A DNA stretch of 53,688 nucleotides from an uncultured Methanomassiliicoccales archaeon (GCA_964445265.1 CAYUPU010000002.1:1-53688), one strand, 5' to 3'. Counted from the first letter of the stretch, positions 30,496-41,044 are shown. Made by a program: numbers and translations. The notes: generated by a model from the sequence alone, not told the origin.

Positions 30496-31063
30496 GCTTG
30501 AGGATATCGGCATTGGTTATCATGCCGGTGATCGATCCCTTGCGGGACACCAGAACGGCGTTGTATCCCACCATCAGCCCGGTCACGGCGCTCATGGAAG
30601 TTGTCTCGGAGACGACCGGGTAGGGCTCCTTCATGACCTTGGCTATGGGCATGTCGCCGATATCGTCCATGGTGCTCCCCTCCCTCAGGAGCTCGAATAT
30701 CACCCTCTCGGATATGCTCCCCACGGGGACGCCATTGTCGATGACAGGCAGCTGGGAGTAGCCAGTGCTCCTCATCAGCTCCGACGCCTGATGGACCAGT
30801 TCGCTGCTGGATATCGATACGACATCCGACGATGCGACGTCCATGGCCTTCATGTCGTTGGCGCTGCCCTTCTTCATCGATTCGAGGGTCTCGAAGAGCC
30901 GGACTATGGTCTCGTAGGACGCGGACGTTCTGCCACCCTCTATCTTGGCGATGGTGCTCTGGCTCACACCCGATCCCTTGGCCAGCTCCGACTGCGTGAT
31001 GTCCAGGGATTTCCTGAGCCGTCTGATGTCGGATACCGGAGGGAACTTCATGCGGTCCTGCAT
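30488..31063 (-). CDS. XRE-type HTH plus CBS-pair transcriptional regulator
   Basis: ITQSELAKGSGVSQSTIAKIEGG, then two CBS motifs (YSQLPVID, GMITNADIL). Confidence 0.9.
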   Translation of the reverse strand: MQDRMKFPPVSDIRRLRKSLDITQSELAKGSGVSQSTIAKIEGGRTSASYETIVRLFETLESMKKGSANDMKAMDVASSDVVSISSSELVHQASELMRSTGYSQLPVIDNGVPVGSISERVIFELLREGSTMDDIGDMPIAKVMKEPYPVVSETTSMSAVTGLMVGYNAVLVSRKGSITGMITNADILKLV

Positions 31064-31142
31064 CAGATATGCGTATTAGAATATTTGTGGCAATGGAGTC
31101 TTTATACGGCGATACCCTCGGTGTGACAGGAGTTTATAAACA

Positions 31143-32366
31143 ATGGCTAAGAACATCTATGTGGAGGGGCTCAACGAGATCCCCACCCCCATGAAGGACA
31201 TCGAGATCGTCGAGCGCAAAGGAATCGGGCACCCCGACAGCGTCGCGGACGGTCTCGCGGAGGAGGTGTCCAAGGCTCTTTGCCGCATGTACAAGAAGGA
31301 GTACGGACACGTCCTCCACCACAACACCGATGAGACCCAGATCGCGGCCGGACAGGCAGCGCCGAAGTTCGGCGGCGGAGCCATCATCGACCCGTCCTAC
31401 ATCCTGCTCGTCGGACGCGCCACCACACATGTCGGCGAGGGGAAGGATCTCAAGTCCCTCCCGTGCAAGCCCGTCGCCCTCAAGGCCGCCAGGGACTATC
31501 TCGACAGGACGTTCCCCAATCTCGATGTCGATTCGGAGATCATCCTCGATGCCAAACTCGGCATGGGATCCGACGACCTCACCGGCGTCTACAAGGCCTC
31601 CGGCCACCTGGCCAACGACACCTCCTTCGGTGTCGGATACGCGCCGTTCTCCATCGCGGACAGGCTCACCCTTCAGACCGAGGAGTACATCAACGGCAAG
31701 ATGAAGGAGTCCCTGCCCGAGACCGGTCAGGACGTCAAGGTCATGACCTCCAGGGTCGGGAAGACCGTCACCACCACCATCGCCTGCGCCATGATCGACA
31801 AGCACATCGAGGACGTCACCGCGTACAGGTCCGTCTGCGAGCAGATGTACGACAAGGTCTACGACAACGCTCTGAAGATCATCGGCGACGAGGATGTGGA
31901 GTACAAGCTGGAGATCAACACCGGCGACGACTACGACCGCGGCGTGTACTACCTGACCTGCACCGGTATGTCCCAGGAGATGGGAGACGACGGATCCGTC
32001 GGAAGGGGCAACAGGTGCAACGGGCTCATCACACCCTACAGGCCCATGTCCATGGAGGCCACCTCCGGGAAGAACCCCATCACGCACATCGGGAAGATCT
32101 ACAACGTCATGTCCAAGCTCATCGCCGACGATGTCGCCAAGAAGGTCACCAACGAGGCCGAGATCCGCGTCAGGCTGCTCTCCCAGATCGGGAAGCCCGT
32201 CTCCGAGCCTCTGAACGCCTCCGTCCAGATCGTCCTGCCCAATGCGGAGGAGGACCCCCACCTCAAGGCCTGGAAGTCCGAGGCCGAGGCCATAACCGCC
32301 GATTGGCTCGACAACGTCGACAAGGTCAGCGACATGATCATCGAGGGGAAGGTCCGCACCTTCTGA
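31143..32366 (+). CDS. mat: Archaeal S-adenosylmethionine synthetase
   Basis: EIVERKGIGHPDS, LANDTSFGVG, GQDVKVM, GDDGSVGRGNR, GKNPITHIGKIYN. Confidence 0.97.
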   Translation: MAKNIYVEGLNEIPTPMKDIEIVERKGIGHPDSVADGLAEEVSKALCRMYKKEYGHVLHHNTDETQIAAGQAAPKFGGGAIIDPSYILLVGRATTHVGEGKDLKSLPCKPVALKAARDYLDRTFPNLDVDSEIILDAKLGMGSDDLTGVYKASGHLANDTSFGVGYAPFSIADRLTLQTEEYINGKMKESLPETGQDVKVMTSRVGKTVTTTIACAMIDKHIEDVTAYRSVCEQMYDKVYDNALKIIGDEDVEYKLEINTGDDYDRGVYYLTCTGMSQEMGDDGSVGRGNRCNGLITPYRPMSMEATSGKNPITHIGKIYNVMSKLIADDVAKKVTNEAEIRVRLLSQIGKPVSEPLNASVQIVLPNAEEDPHLKAWKSEAEAITADWLDNVDKVSDMIIEGKVRTF

Positions 32367-32658
32367 GTCTCCGAAACCGGGGTCGTCGGTTCGCCGGCGG
32401 CCCCGTTCCCCCTCCATCGGTCGTCGGTGACGACTGCGGCTCCCCCTGCTATTTCTGGCGGGGGCGTGTACCCATCATGTGCAGTGCGATAGTGCGGCGC
32501 AATCCTGCAATCATCGAGACCCCTCAGTGGTGATGCACCCCGGACAACAGGATCGATGCGATCGGATGCCCCTGACACACCCCCTCGTGCCGATGGATCC
32601 CCGCATACCCCTTACCCGTATCCACAGGGTTAAGAACCCAGCAGTGTATACATGAATT

Positions 32659-33243
32659 ATGAAGATCATCGACGAGCCCCAGTTCGGACCGATGTTCCGC
32701 TTCAACGACGCGAACGTCTATTGGGCGCTTTACATCCTATCCAGCGGCAGGCGCATCGGCAGGAAGAGGCTTGCCGACGAGGTCGGCGTCGGAGAGGGCA
32801 GCATGAGAAGGATCATCGAGACCCTCAAGGAATGGAGCTTCATCGACATCAAGCAGACCGGCATAACCATAACGAAGTCGGGGCAGGCGTTCCTCGCCCA
32901 GGTTCCCATCAGGCCGGTTGACGTCTTCATCGAGGGCTCCGTGATCGGCGCATGCCAGCAGGGCGTCCTCGTCATCGGCGGGGAGAGCAAGGTCAAGAAG
33001 GGCATGGAGCAGAGGGATGCCGGCATCAAGGTCGGCGGGTCCGGCTGCACGACCCTGGTGATCCGCGACGGCGCCCTCATGATACCACCGGACTGGAACC
33101 TCGACGAGAAGGATCCCGAGGCCGCCTACAAGATCCGCAAGGACACCGGAATGACCCAGGACGACGCTCTCATCATCGGCGGGGGGGACACGAAGCCCCT
33201 GGCTGTGGAGTCCGCCATCGCCGCGGCGCTGTCCATGTTCCGA
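32659..33243 (+). CDS. Winged-HTH protein with a DUF4443-like C-terminal domain
   Basis: IGRKRLADEVGVGEGSMR, GMEQRDAGIKVG. Ends CGA-TGA (33241-33246), overlapping the next ATG. Confidence 0.75.
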
Positions 33244-34178
33244 TGAGGCATCAGCTGTCCTATTCGGTCTATCAGGATCTGTCCGTATTCGGGGACGATC
33301 CCTCCGCATCGCTGCGGTCCATGGGATGCGATTCCCTGGAGATGCTCACATCCTACGACACTCCGGACGCCTCGCTCAAAGGTCTGATAGGATCGGTCCA
33401 CTTGCCGTACGCCCCGGACTGGCTCGCGGCCTGGGAGGATCGCCCGGTGGAGATGCCGTCGGATTATGCGCTGTACCACATGTTCGGCTCCTCCCGGGAG
33501 GAGCTGGTGGCCAATGTTCGCAGGGCCGTGGCCGCCGCATCCGTCCTGGATCCCCCGTACGGGGTGTTCCATACGGGCAACGCGGACACCCCCGAGATAT
33601 TCAGGAGGACGTACTCCCGCAGCGATTCGGATGTTCTCTCCGCGCTCTGCGAGATGCTCAACACGGTGGTGTCCGGCCTCCCGGGAGGGGAGCCGCCGTT
33701 CGACCTCATGCTCGAGAACCTGTGGTGGCCGGGCCTCCGCCTGCTGGACCCATCCGGGTTCAGGCGCCTGGAGCGGGATCTGGAATTCGAGAGGTGGGGC
33801 ATAAACCTGGACACGGGGCATCTGATGGACTGTCTGCCGGTGTCCACGGAGGCGGAGGCGATAGATGCCCTTCTGGATGTTTTCGACGGGTATCCGTCGG
33901 ACATGATAGAATCCATCCGCGCGGTGCACCTCCATTGGAGTGCCACGTGGCCGTACCGTTCGTCCTTCGAGGAGAGGGGGTACGAGCCGCCATTCGAGGA
34001 GTTCATCGTGGAGGCCAACCGGCACGTGTCCCAGATGGACCGTCATCTTCCGTTCTCCGATCCCCGCTGCAGGGAGCTCGTCGACGTCCTGCGGCCGGAT
34101 TTCATCACCCATGAGCTCCCCGGGTCGGAGCGCGGCATGATCGAGGATCTATCGAAGCAGAGGGCGCTCCTTCCGCGA
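33243..34178 (+). CDS. Xylose-isomerase-like/AP-endonuclease-2 TIM-barrel protein
   Basis: SVHLPY, YGVFH, LENLWWPGL, LDTGHLM, VHLH, DRH.PF, THE. CGA 34176-34178; the standard-code ORF would run over rpl40e to 34361. Confidence 0.8.
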
Positions 34179-34275
34179 TCCGTCCCGTGTCCGTGCCCAT
34201 CGACGGCCCGTCGTTCCGCCCTGTGCAATTCCCTTTTATATGTCCTCCAGATACTCGGTTCCAGAGGAATAAGGA

Positions 34276-34425
34276 ATGGCACGCTTCAAAGAGGCAGAGC
34301 ACAGGCTCCTCGACAAGACTGTTTGCATGAACTGCTACGCCACCAACCCCAAGAAGGCTGAGAGGTGCAGGAAGTGCGGGAGCAGCGACCTCAGGCCCAA
34401 GGCCAAAGAGAGCAGGAAGCAGTGA
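34276..34425 (+). CDS. rpl40e: 50S ribosomal protein L40e (absent from the ORF track)
   Basis: [49 protein letters not shown]; TTTTATA upstream and a T-run downstream. Confidence 0.95.
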   Translation: MARFKEAEHRLLDKTVCMNCYATNPKKAERCRKCGSSDLRPKAKESRKQ

Positions 34426-34565
34426 TTCCAGCTCGCAGGATCGTTTTTTCTTACGGCCCGTCCCGGGCCGGTCAATAATCGATCAGCGCGAGCTTTGAAC
34501 GTGTCCGTCCCGTCCGCGGCCGATAGTATGAAGTCGTCCGCGGCCGTGGAGGGAACGGGTGCATC

Positions 34566-35483
34566 ATGAAGGTCCTCGTAATCGACGACAACCCGTCCCT
34601 CCGGGCTGTTCTGAAGGACATACTGTCCGAGGAGGGCCACAACGTCCGTCTGGCGCGGACGATCGATGAGGCGGTCTTCAAGACGCAGTCTTTCGAGCCG
34701 GACGTCGTGGTCCTGGACTCGGTCGTCGGCAGCGAGGACGGGCTCCTGTACCTGGGCCGTCTTGCGGAGGACCTTCCGCGGCTCAGGCCGGCCGTGGTCT
34801 ATCTCAAGTCGCATGTGGAGATCGTGCCCGGGGACAATCCGTATGTGAAGGCGAGCATCGACAAGCCGTTCAGGACGGAGGACATCGTATCGGCGGTCAA
34901 GGATGCGGCCGATGGGATGCGCGCCCAGGAACCCCAGGGGCTCCGTCAGAGGGCCGAGAGGAGGCTCGTCCGCCGCAGGAGGGTCAGGCAGGACGCTCCC
35001 GACGGGGATGCGATGGAATCCCACGGCGTCCGCTTCGGCACATCCTATGCGGTGTTCACCCGCGATCCAGAGGACATATACCGGTTCATCGGTCTGGTCG
35101 ATCCGACGAGATACGATCTGATGGTCGTCACCACGGACCGGGCCAAGGCCGTAGAGGAGAGATTCTCCTACGGAACCATGGAGGTCGTGCCGCTCTCGTC
35201 GAACGGGAAGGCGGGATCCCTCGGGATAAGGGAGATAGGCACCATGACCGAGCGGATCAAGGAGTTCATAGATTCCAAAACGCGTCCGGTCGTCGTAATC
35301 GACGGCTTCGACGACATTATCGCCGCCAACGGCATCAACCAGCCCCTCATGATGATCCAGCAGATCGTCGGGAGTAGGAGCAAGGAGTGCACGCTGGCGC
35401 TCTCGGTGGACGGAGCCGTCCTGACCGAGAAGGACAGGAGCATAATCCTGCACAGCATGTCGGAGTACATAACGGAGGAATGA
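34566..35483 (+). CDS. Receiver-domain protein with a C-terminal DUF835-like domain
   Basis: KVLVIDDN, VVVLD, DKPF; C-terminal VVVIDGFDDIIAANG. Confidence 0.75.
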   Translation: MKVLVIDDNPSLRAVLKDILSEEGHNVRLARTIDEAVFKTQSFEPDVVVLDSVVGSEDGLLYLGRLAEDLPRLRPAVVYLKSHVEIVPGDNPYVKASIDKPFRTEDIVSAVKDAADGMRAQEPQGLRQRAERRLVRRRRVRQDAPDGDAMESHGVRFGTSYAVFTRDPEDIYRFIGLVDPTRYDLMVVTTDRAKAVEERFSYGTMEVVPLSSNGKAGSLGIREIGTMTERIKEFIDSKTRPVVVIDGFDDIIAANGINQPLMMIQQIVGSRSKECTLALSVDGAVLTEKDRSIILHSMSEYITEE

Positions 35484-36754
35484 GAATGCAGATCGAGAAG
35501 GTATGGGCCAGAGAGGTGCTCGACTCCAGGGGCAACCCCACGGTCGAGGCGGAGATCACAGTCAGAGGGCACAGGATATCGGCCATCGCGCCGTCCGGCG
35601 CCTCCACAGGCACCTGGGAGGCCCTGGAGCTCAGGGACGGGGACAAGTCGCGCTACGGCGGCAAGGGCGTCCTCAAGGCCGTGGAGAACGTCCGCGGTCC
35701 CATAGCCAAGAGGATCGTCGGCATGGATCCAGCGGACCAGGAGGGGATCGACCGCGCCATGATCGAGCTGGACGGCACCGAGAACAAGTCCGGCCTCGGC
35801 GGGAACGCCATGGTCGCCGTATCCCTGGCGGCCGTCCGCGCGGGTGCGATGGCCGAGGGCGTGGAGATCTACGAGCACATCGGCGGGGATCACGCGACGC
35901 TGCCGGTGCCCATGCTGAACATCATCAACGGCGGCAAGCACGCCGGAGGGAATCTGAAGATACAGGAGTGCATGATCATTCCCGCCGGTGCGAAGTCGTT
36001 CTCCGACTGCCTCCGCATGTCGTCCGAGGTCTACATGAGCCTCAAGGGCATACTCAAGCAGAGGTACGGCACATCCGCCATCAACATCGGCGACGAGGGC
36101 GGGTTCGCGCCTCCCGTGGACACGGTCGACGAGGCGCTCACAACGATCACCGATGCAGTATCCGATGCGGGCTACGTTCCTGGGAAGGATGTGTTCCTGG
36201 CGATGGATGCGGCATCCTCCGAGTTCTACAAGGACGGAGTGTATGCCGTCGATGGCATGGAGCTCGATGCGGGAGGCCTTCTGGAGCACTACGTCCAGCT
36301 GACCAGGGACCATCCTCTCGTGAGCATCGAGGATCCGTTCTTTGAGGACGACTTCGAGACCACGGCCGAACTCACCCGGAAGGTCGGCAGCCATGTGCAG
36401 ATCGTCGGGGACGACCTCTTCGTCACCAACTCCAAGCGCCTCAGGCGCGGGATAGACCAGGGCGCCGCCAACGCACTGCTTCTGAAGGTCAACCAGATCG
36501 GCACCGTCACGGAGGCCGGCGAGGCCGCCGCCATGAGCTTCGCGAACGGCTACAACGTCGTCGTCTCCCACAGGTCCGGCGAATCCGAGGACACGACCAT
36601 CGCGGATCTGTCCGTTGGATGGGGCAGCGGGGAGATCAAGACCGGCGCACCCGCCCGCGGGGAGCGCACGGCCAAGTACAACAGGCTCCTGGGGATCGAG
36701 GAGGACCTCGGCTCCTCCGCCAGATTCCCCGGACTCTCCAAGTTCAGGATCTGA
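35480..36754 (+). CDS. eno: Enolase
   Basis: AREVLDSRGNPTVE, PSGASTG, GDEGGFAP, LLKVNQIG, SHRSGE. Confidence 0.98.
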   Translation: MRMQIEKVWAREVLDSRGNPTVEAEITVRGHRISAIAPSGASTGTWEALELRDGDKSRYGGKGVLKAVENVRGPIAKRIVGMDPADQEGIDRAMIELDGTENKSGLGGNAMVAVSLAAVRAGAMAEGVEIYEHIGGDHATLPVPMLNIINGGKHAGGNLKIQECMIIPAGAKSFSDCLRMSSEVYMSLKGILKQRYGTSAINIGDEGGFAPPVDTVDEALTTITDAVSDAGYVPGKDVFLAMDAASSEFYKDGVYAVDGMELDAGGLLEHYVQLTRDHPLVSIEDPFFEDDFETTAELTRKVGSHVQIVGDDLFVTNSKRLRRGIDQGAANALLLKVNQIGTVTEAGEAAAMSFANGYNVVVSHRSGESEDTTIADLSVGWGSGEIKTGAPARGERTAKYNRLLGIEEDLGSSARFPGLSKFRI

Positions 36755-36775
36755 ACCCTCTTCCAGCGTCGTCTG

Positions 36776-36820
36776 CGGCTTCCGAAGGCCCTTCATCGGT
36801 CTTCGGAAGCCGGTTTCTTC
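36776..36820 (+). terminator. Hairpin plus pyrimidine tail after eno
   Basis: CGGCTTCCGAAGGCC...GGTCTTCGGAAGCCG followed by GTTTCTTC. Confidence 0.6.
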
Positions 36821-36855
36821 CCGAATATTACATATTTAAATGTGATTCTTGGAAA

Positions 36856-36877
36856 ACCCCTTTATTTCCACTGGAGA
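36856..36877 (-). promoter_or_regulatory. Origin recognition box (Orc1/Cdc6 binding site)
   Basis: Minus strand TCTCCAGTGGAAATAAAGGGGT matches the archaeal ORB consensus with G-string; AT-rich context. Confidence 0.75.
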
Positions 36878-37026
36878 ATGCAGGTTAACAGTGTGATTTA
36901 GGATAACCTGAAAAACTCCATAGAGAAGGCTTATATGTGGACTCCGGATAGGGTGGACTGCAGCGGCGGAGTCCGAGATGGATGGATACGGACACTCGTG
37001 ATTGCTGCTAATCTCGGGGGAGAGGA

Positions 37027-37299
37027 TTGATAGCGAATAAGAAACTCAGTAGCGGTAGCTATGCGGTCACCGGCGGTCGCATCGAGATGCTGGATGCGTT
37101 TCCGAAGGCCGATATGATGAGCGTCTACTGCGCATGTGGCAGGATAGTTCCGCTCGACCGCTCGGAGATGCATATCCGTCTCGGTCTCGGAAAGAAGCTC
37201 GAATGCGTGTCGTGCCGCAATGCCAGGATCTCTCGCGAGATCGATGTCATGAATGATCACTTCAATGGCATAGACGAGCAGGATGCGGATCTCTTCTGA
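37027..37299 (+). CDS. Small Cys-motif (CxC...CxxC) hypothetical protein
   Basis: TTG start after GGGAGAGGA; CACG and CVSC; TTATAT box near 36931. Confidence 0.65.
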   Translation: MIANKKLSSGSYAVTGGRIEMLDAFPKADMMSVYCACGRIVPLDRSEMHIRLGLGKKLECVSCRNARISREIDVMNDHFNGIDEQDADLF

Positions 37300-37411
37300 G
37301 GGGTCCGTCATCCGGTCTTAAAAAACTAGATTTTATTACTTTTTCTAGAATTCGTAATACCGAATGCGATGCACGATGTCTGCGCCCGCGGCACATGGTT
37401 CCGGCATTCGG

Positions 37412-39790
37412 TCAGGCATCCTCGTCCGAAGGCTCCTCAGTCTTCTTCTTGGCCTTGGATTTGACGGGCTTGCGGATGATCTTCTTCTTCACGGCCTTCT
37501 TGCCGGGTTCCTCTGCATCCTCGCCCTCCTTCTTCGTCTTGGACGCCTTCTTCCTTCCAGGACAGTCCGGATTGATGCACTCTTCTATGGTGCCCATCCT
37601 GATGACGGGCGCCTTGCAAAGCGTGCACTGCCTGCCGGCGTACTCTATGCTGCCCCTGGGCCTGAGCGGATAGGTCTGCGTGCATGCGGGCCATTCCGAG
37701 CATCCGGCGAAGCGCTTGCCGGCCTTGGAGTACATGAGCCTGATCCTTCCGTTCCCGCAGGCCGGGCACGGTCCGAGATCGTTCCTTTCGGTGTTGCTGA
37801 GGCACTTGGGATCTATGCACTGGACTGAGGGCGGCATGCCCTTCCTGATGATCCTGAGCATCGGCAGGCCGCATGTCTCGCACACCTGCTCGGTGGTCTG
37901 TATGAGCGCCCCCCTGGGAAGCGGGTACGCGCGCTTGCAGTCGGGATATCCGTCGCATCCGATGAAGTTCCCGTTCTTCGACCTTTTTATCGTGAGGCTG
38001 TTCCCGCAGGCCGGGCAGGTCCCGATGTGCTGCTGGGAGTGGAGCGCGGCCTTTATCTCGCTTCCGATCTCGTCGGAGTCCTCGGAGATCCTGACCGCGA
38101 CGTTGTACAGCATGTCCTGCGACTCGGTTACCACGGAGTCGAGCGTCCTCTCGCCGTCCGTGATCAGGACCATGTCCGCCTCCAGCTTCGCGGTCATGTC
38201 GGGCTCGGTGATCCCTCCCCCGTGGTTCTCCAGCGCCTTCGTAAGGGCTATGCCGCTGGGCGTCGGAATCATGTAGTTCCCTTGGACGTAGTTCCTGGAG
38301 TACAGCTTCCCGATGATGTCGTGCCTGGTGGACTTCGTCCCCAGCTGGAGCCTGTCCATCTCCTGGATCAGGGATCCCTGGTTGTACCTGAAGGGGGGCT
38401 TGGTGGCCGATTCCACCATCTGGACGGACCTTATCTCGATCTCGTCGCCGACGCTCATGACGGGGAGTCTGGCATCGTTCGATTTGAGGTACTTCCCGTA
38501 GTACTTCTTCCAGCCCTTCTTCTTGAGCACGTAGCCCGATGCGGAGAACTGCTCCCCGTTCACGTCTATCGTGCACTTGGTGATCTCCGCCTCCGCATTG
38601 GGGGCGACGGTGGCCAGGAACCTCCTGGCGATGAGCTCGTAGAGCTTCCACTTGTCCCCTTTCATCTTCTCGGGGGACGCGCCGGCGGTGGGGTATATGG
38701 GCGGATGGTCCGTGGTGCGCCTCTTGCCCCTCGACGGGGTGATCTTCTCCTGGGTCAGGATCTCCTCGGCCTCGCTCTTGAACGCCCCGTCCTTGAGCTT
38801 CTCCAGCACCGAGCGCAGCGACAGGCTGCGCGGGTACTCGGTGTTCTCCGTGCGCGGATAGGAGATGTACCCCCCGGTGTAGAGGTCCTCCGCCAGCTTC
38901 ATCGCCGTCGTAGGAGGTATCCCGATCTTGTTGGACTCCACCTGCATCTGCGTGGTGTCGAACGGGGCGGGGCGGTACTCCTCCTTCAGCTCGGTTTCGT
39001 ACGACGAGACGGTCCCCTTCTCCGCGCCCCCCACCCTGGCGAGGACGGCGTCAGCCTCCTCCTTGTCCCAGAACGGGTTGCCGGAGTGCTCGCCCTTGAA
39101 TGCGAGCATGCCGAACTTGGCTATGACGTTCCAGAAGGGGGTGGGCACGAAGCGCTCGATCTCCTCGTGGCGGTCCACCAGGAGCTTGAGCGTGGGGCTC
39201 TGCACCCTGCCTACCGACATGAAGTTCTTGCCGACCTGTCCGGACGACAGGGATATGAGCCTGGTCAGGACCGCTCCCCAGGACAGGTCTATGACCTGCC
39301 TGGCTTCGGCGGCGTCCGCCAGTCTCTCGTTGGGGTCGGTGAGGTTGTCGAACGCGTTCTCGACCTCCCCTTTGGTCAGGGCGCTGAACTTGGCCCTTCT
39401 GACCGATGACATGTCCGCTCCGACGGCCTTGACCGTCTCCATGCCTATGAGCTCCCCTTCGCGGTCGTAGTCGGTCGCGATGATGATCTCGTCGGCCTGG
39501 GATGCGAGCTCCTTGATTTTGTTGAGGATGGACTTCACCTTGACGGTCTTGACCTGGGGGGCGTGCACGAGCTCCGTGGGATCGGTGGCGCTCCAGTCGT
39601 TGTACTCCTCGGGATAGTCCAGCTCTATGATGTGTCCGCGGAGGGACACGACGTCGTACTCGTCCCCTCCTGCTTCGAAGGAAATCACCGTAACGCCGCC
39701 CGACGATGCGGACTTGGAGGTGCCGTCGGAGAGGATCGTCGAGATCCTGCGCGCGGCATTGGCCTTCTCGGTGATTATCAGCTTCTTCAT
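37412..39790 (-). CDS. topA: Type IA DNA topoisomerase with C-terminal zinc ribbons
   Basis: IITEK, ATDYDREGE, SVGRVQSPTL, GYISYPRT, C4 repeats. Confidence 0.97.
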   Translation of the reverse strand: MKKLIITEKANAARRISTILSDGTSKSASSGGVTVISFEAGGDEYDVVSLRGHIIELDYPEEYNDWSATDPTELVHAPQVKTVKVKSILNKIKELASQADEIIIATDYDREGELIGMETVKAVGADMSSVRRAKFSALTKGEVENAFDNLTDPNERLADAAEARQVIDLSWGAVLTRLISLSSGQVGKNFMSVGRVQSPTLKLLVDRHEEIERFVPTPFWNVIAKFGMLAFKGEHSGNPFWDKEEADAVLARVGGAEKGTVSSYETELKEEYRPAPFDTTQMQVESNKIGIPPTTAMKLAEDLYTGGYISYPRTENTEYPRSLSLRSVLEKLKDGAFKSEAEEILTQEKITPSRGKRRTTDHPPIYPTAGASPEKMKGDKWKLYELIARRFLATVAPNAEAEITKCTIDVNGEQFSASGYVLKKKGWKKYYGKYLKSNDARLPVMSVGDEIEIRSVQMVESATKPPFRYNQGSLIQEMDRLQLGTKSTRHDIIGKLYSRNYVQGNYMIPTPSGIALTKALENHGGGITEPDMTAKLEADMVLITDGERTLDSVVTESQDMLYNVAVRISEDSDEIGSEIKAALHSQQHIGTCPACGNSLTIKRSKNGNFIGCDGYPDCKRAYPLPRGALIQTTEQVCETCGLPMLRIIRKGMPPSVQCIDPKCLSNTERNDLGPCPACGNGRIRLMYSKAGKRFAGCSEWPACTQTYPLRPRGSIEYAGRQCTLCKAPVIRMGTIEECINPDCPGRKKASKTKKEGEDAEEPGKKAVKKKIIRKPVKSKAKKKTEEPSDEDA

Positions 39791-39910
39791 CGCGCATAAG
39801 ACCCTGACTTCTGATATAACTGTTTCCTCTTGCGATAAAGCAATAATGTAATCCGTCTCCGCCGATGCCCGCCTCTGTTATATAAAAGATGGAGGTATCG
39901 TCCAATCCAG

Positions 39911-40540
39911 ATGCTGTACTTGGATTTCCTGGATGCGGTCCGCGGCGTGCCCGGCGTCATAGACGCGGTTCCGCTGGGCCGTGCGATGGCCTCTAGGATA
40001 TGCGATGTGGAGGACGGGCTCGTCAGAGGGGCGAGCGGATTCCGCATGGAGAACGCCGGCATGAACGCGTGCGCCTCGCAGGACAGCCTGTTCGTCATGT
40101 TCTGCGATTCGGACTACGACAGGGGTTCAGAGGTGAGCATCGAGATGGTGGATGATCGCGGCGTGACGGTCGGCCATGACGTGCCAGAGGCGATGAGGCC
40201 GCAGTTCGCGGATCGCGGCGATGTCGTGTGGATAGCCGACAACTTCGTGATGTTCCCGGACAGGCTGGGTCCGTGCGATGCCCGCATGGTCATGAAGGCC
40301 GTACGCCCGGACTGGAGCGCCGGGATGGACGTCTCCCCGCGCACGTTCCTCCCGTCGATGGAGTCGGCCATGATGCTGAAGGGCGCATACGGCTACGACG
40401 ACCCGATGGTGAGCGCCGTGGTCCTGGGCGTGAGCGGGCTCGAGGCCTGCCCGTCCTCGGTTCCTGTGTCCGATGTGGTGGAGGTTCCCTGTGCTGGGTG
40501 CGGCCATGGTGAGTCTGCCTCTCAGGACCCCCTTTACCGA
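39911..40540 (+). CDS. Hypothetical protein (3' end uncertain)
   Basis: TTATATAAAA upstream; coding-like to about 40450. First in-frame CGA is 40538-40540; standard-code end is 40852. Confidence 0.6.
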
Positions 40541-40897
40541 TGTGATCTCGTCGGCGAACCTCTTGAGGTCCTTCAGCCTCCCTTCGCAGATCAGGATCTC
40601 CATGCACTTGTCGTGGTCGAGATGGACGTGGACGGACATGTTCACCAGGCCTGGGTGGTCGTGCTGCATGTCGGTGATCTTGTCCCCGACCGCCGTCACC
40701 GTATGGTCGTAGACGATGACGATGGTGCCGACCATCCACTCCTCCTCGTTCTTCCACTCGGATTCCGCCAGGGAGTCGCGCACGAGGTCCCTTATCGCCT
40801 CGGAGCGGCTGACATAGCCCTTCTTCGAGATCGATTCGTCGAACTGCTTTAGGAGCTCCGGCTCCAGGGACACACCTATGCGCGTGACGCCTTCCAT
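40457..40897 (-). CDS. nikR: Nickel-responsive regulator
   Basis: RIGVSL, GYVSRSEAIRDLVR, VYDH, HVHLDHDKCME. CGA 40457-40459 gives 146 aa; standard-code end is 40127. Confidence 0.95.
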
Positions 40898-41044
40898 GCT
40901 CACCTGGAACCGCGAGCATCCGTTTAACACCTGCGATGGGCCGGATATCGCCTCCGTGACACCGCGGATCGGTTATGTGCCACCGGCGCCGGCTTCCGCC
41001 CCTTCCCGCGCTTCTTTAATAGACAGGCGCCGATACCATCTCCG

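Noticed and set aside
34258-34280. ORB-like GTTCCAGAGGAATAAGG before rpl40e
   Set aside because: Partial match without a G-string; coincides with the 5' UTR/RBS.
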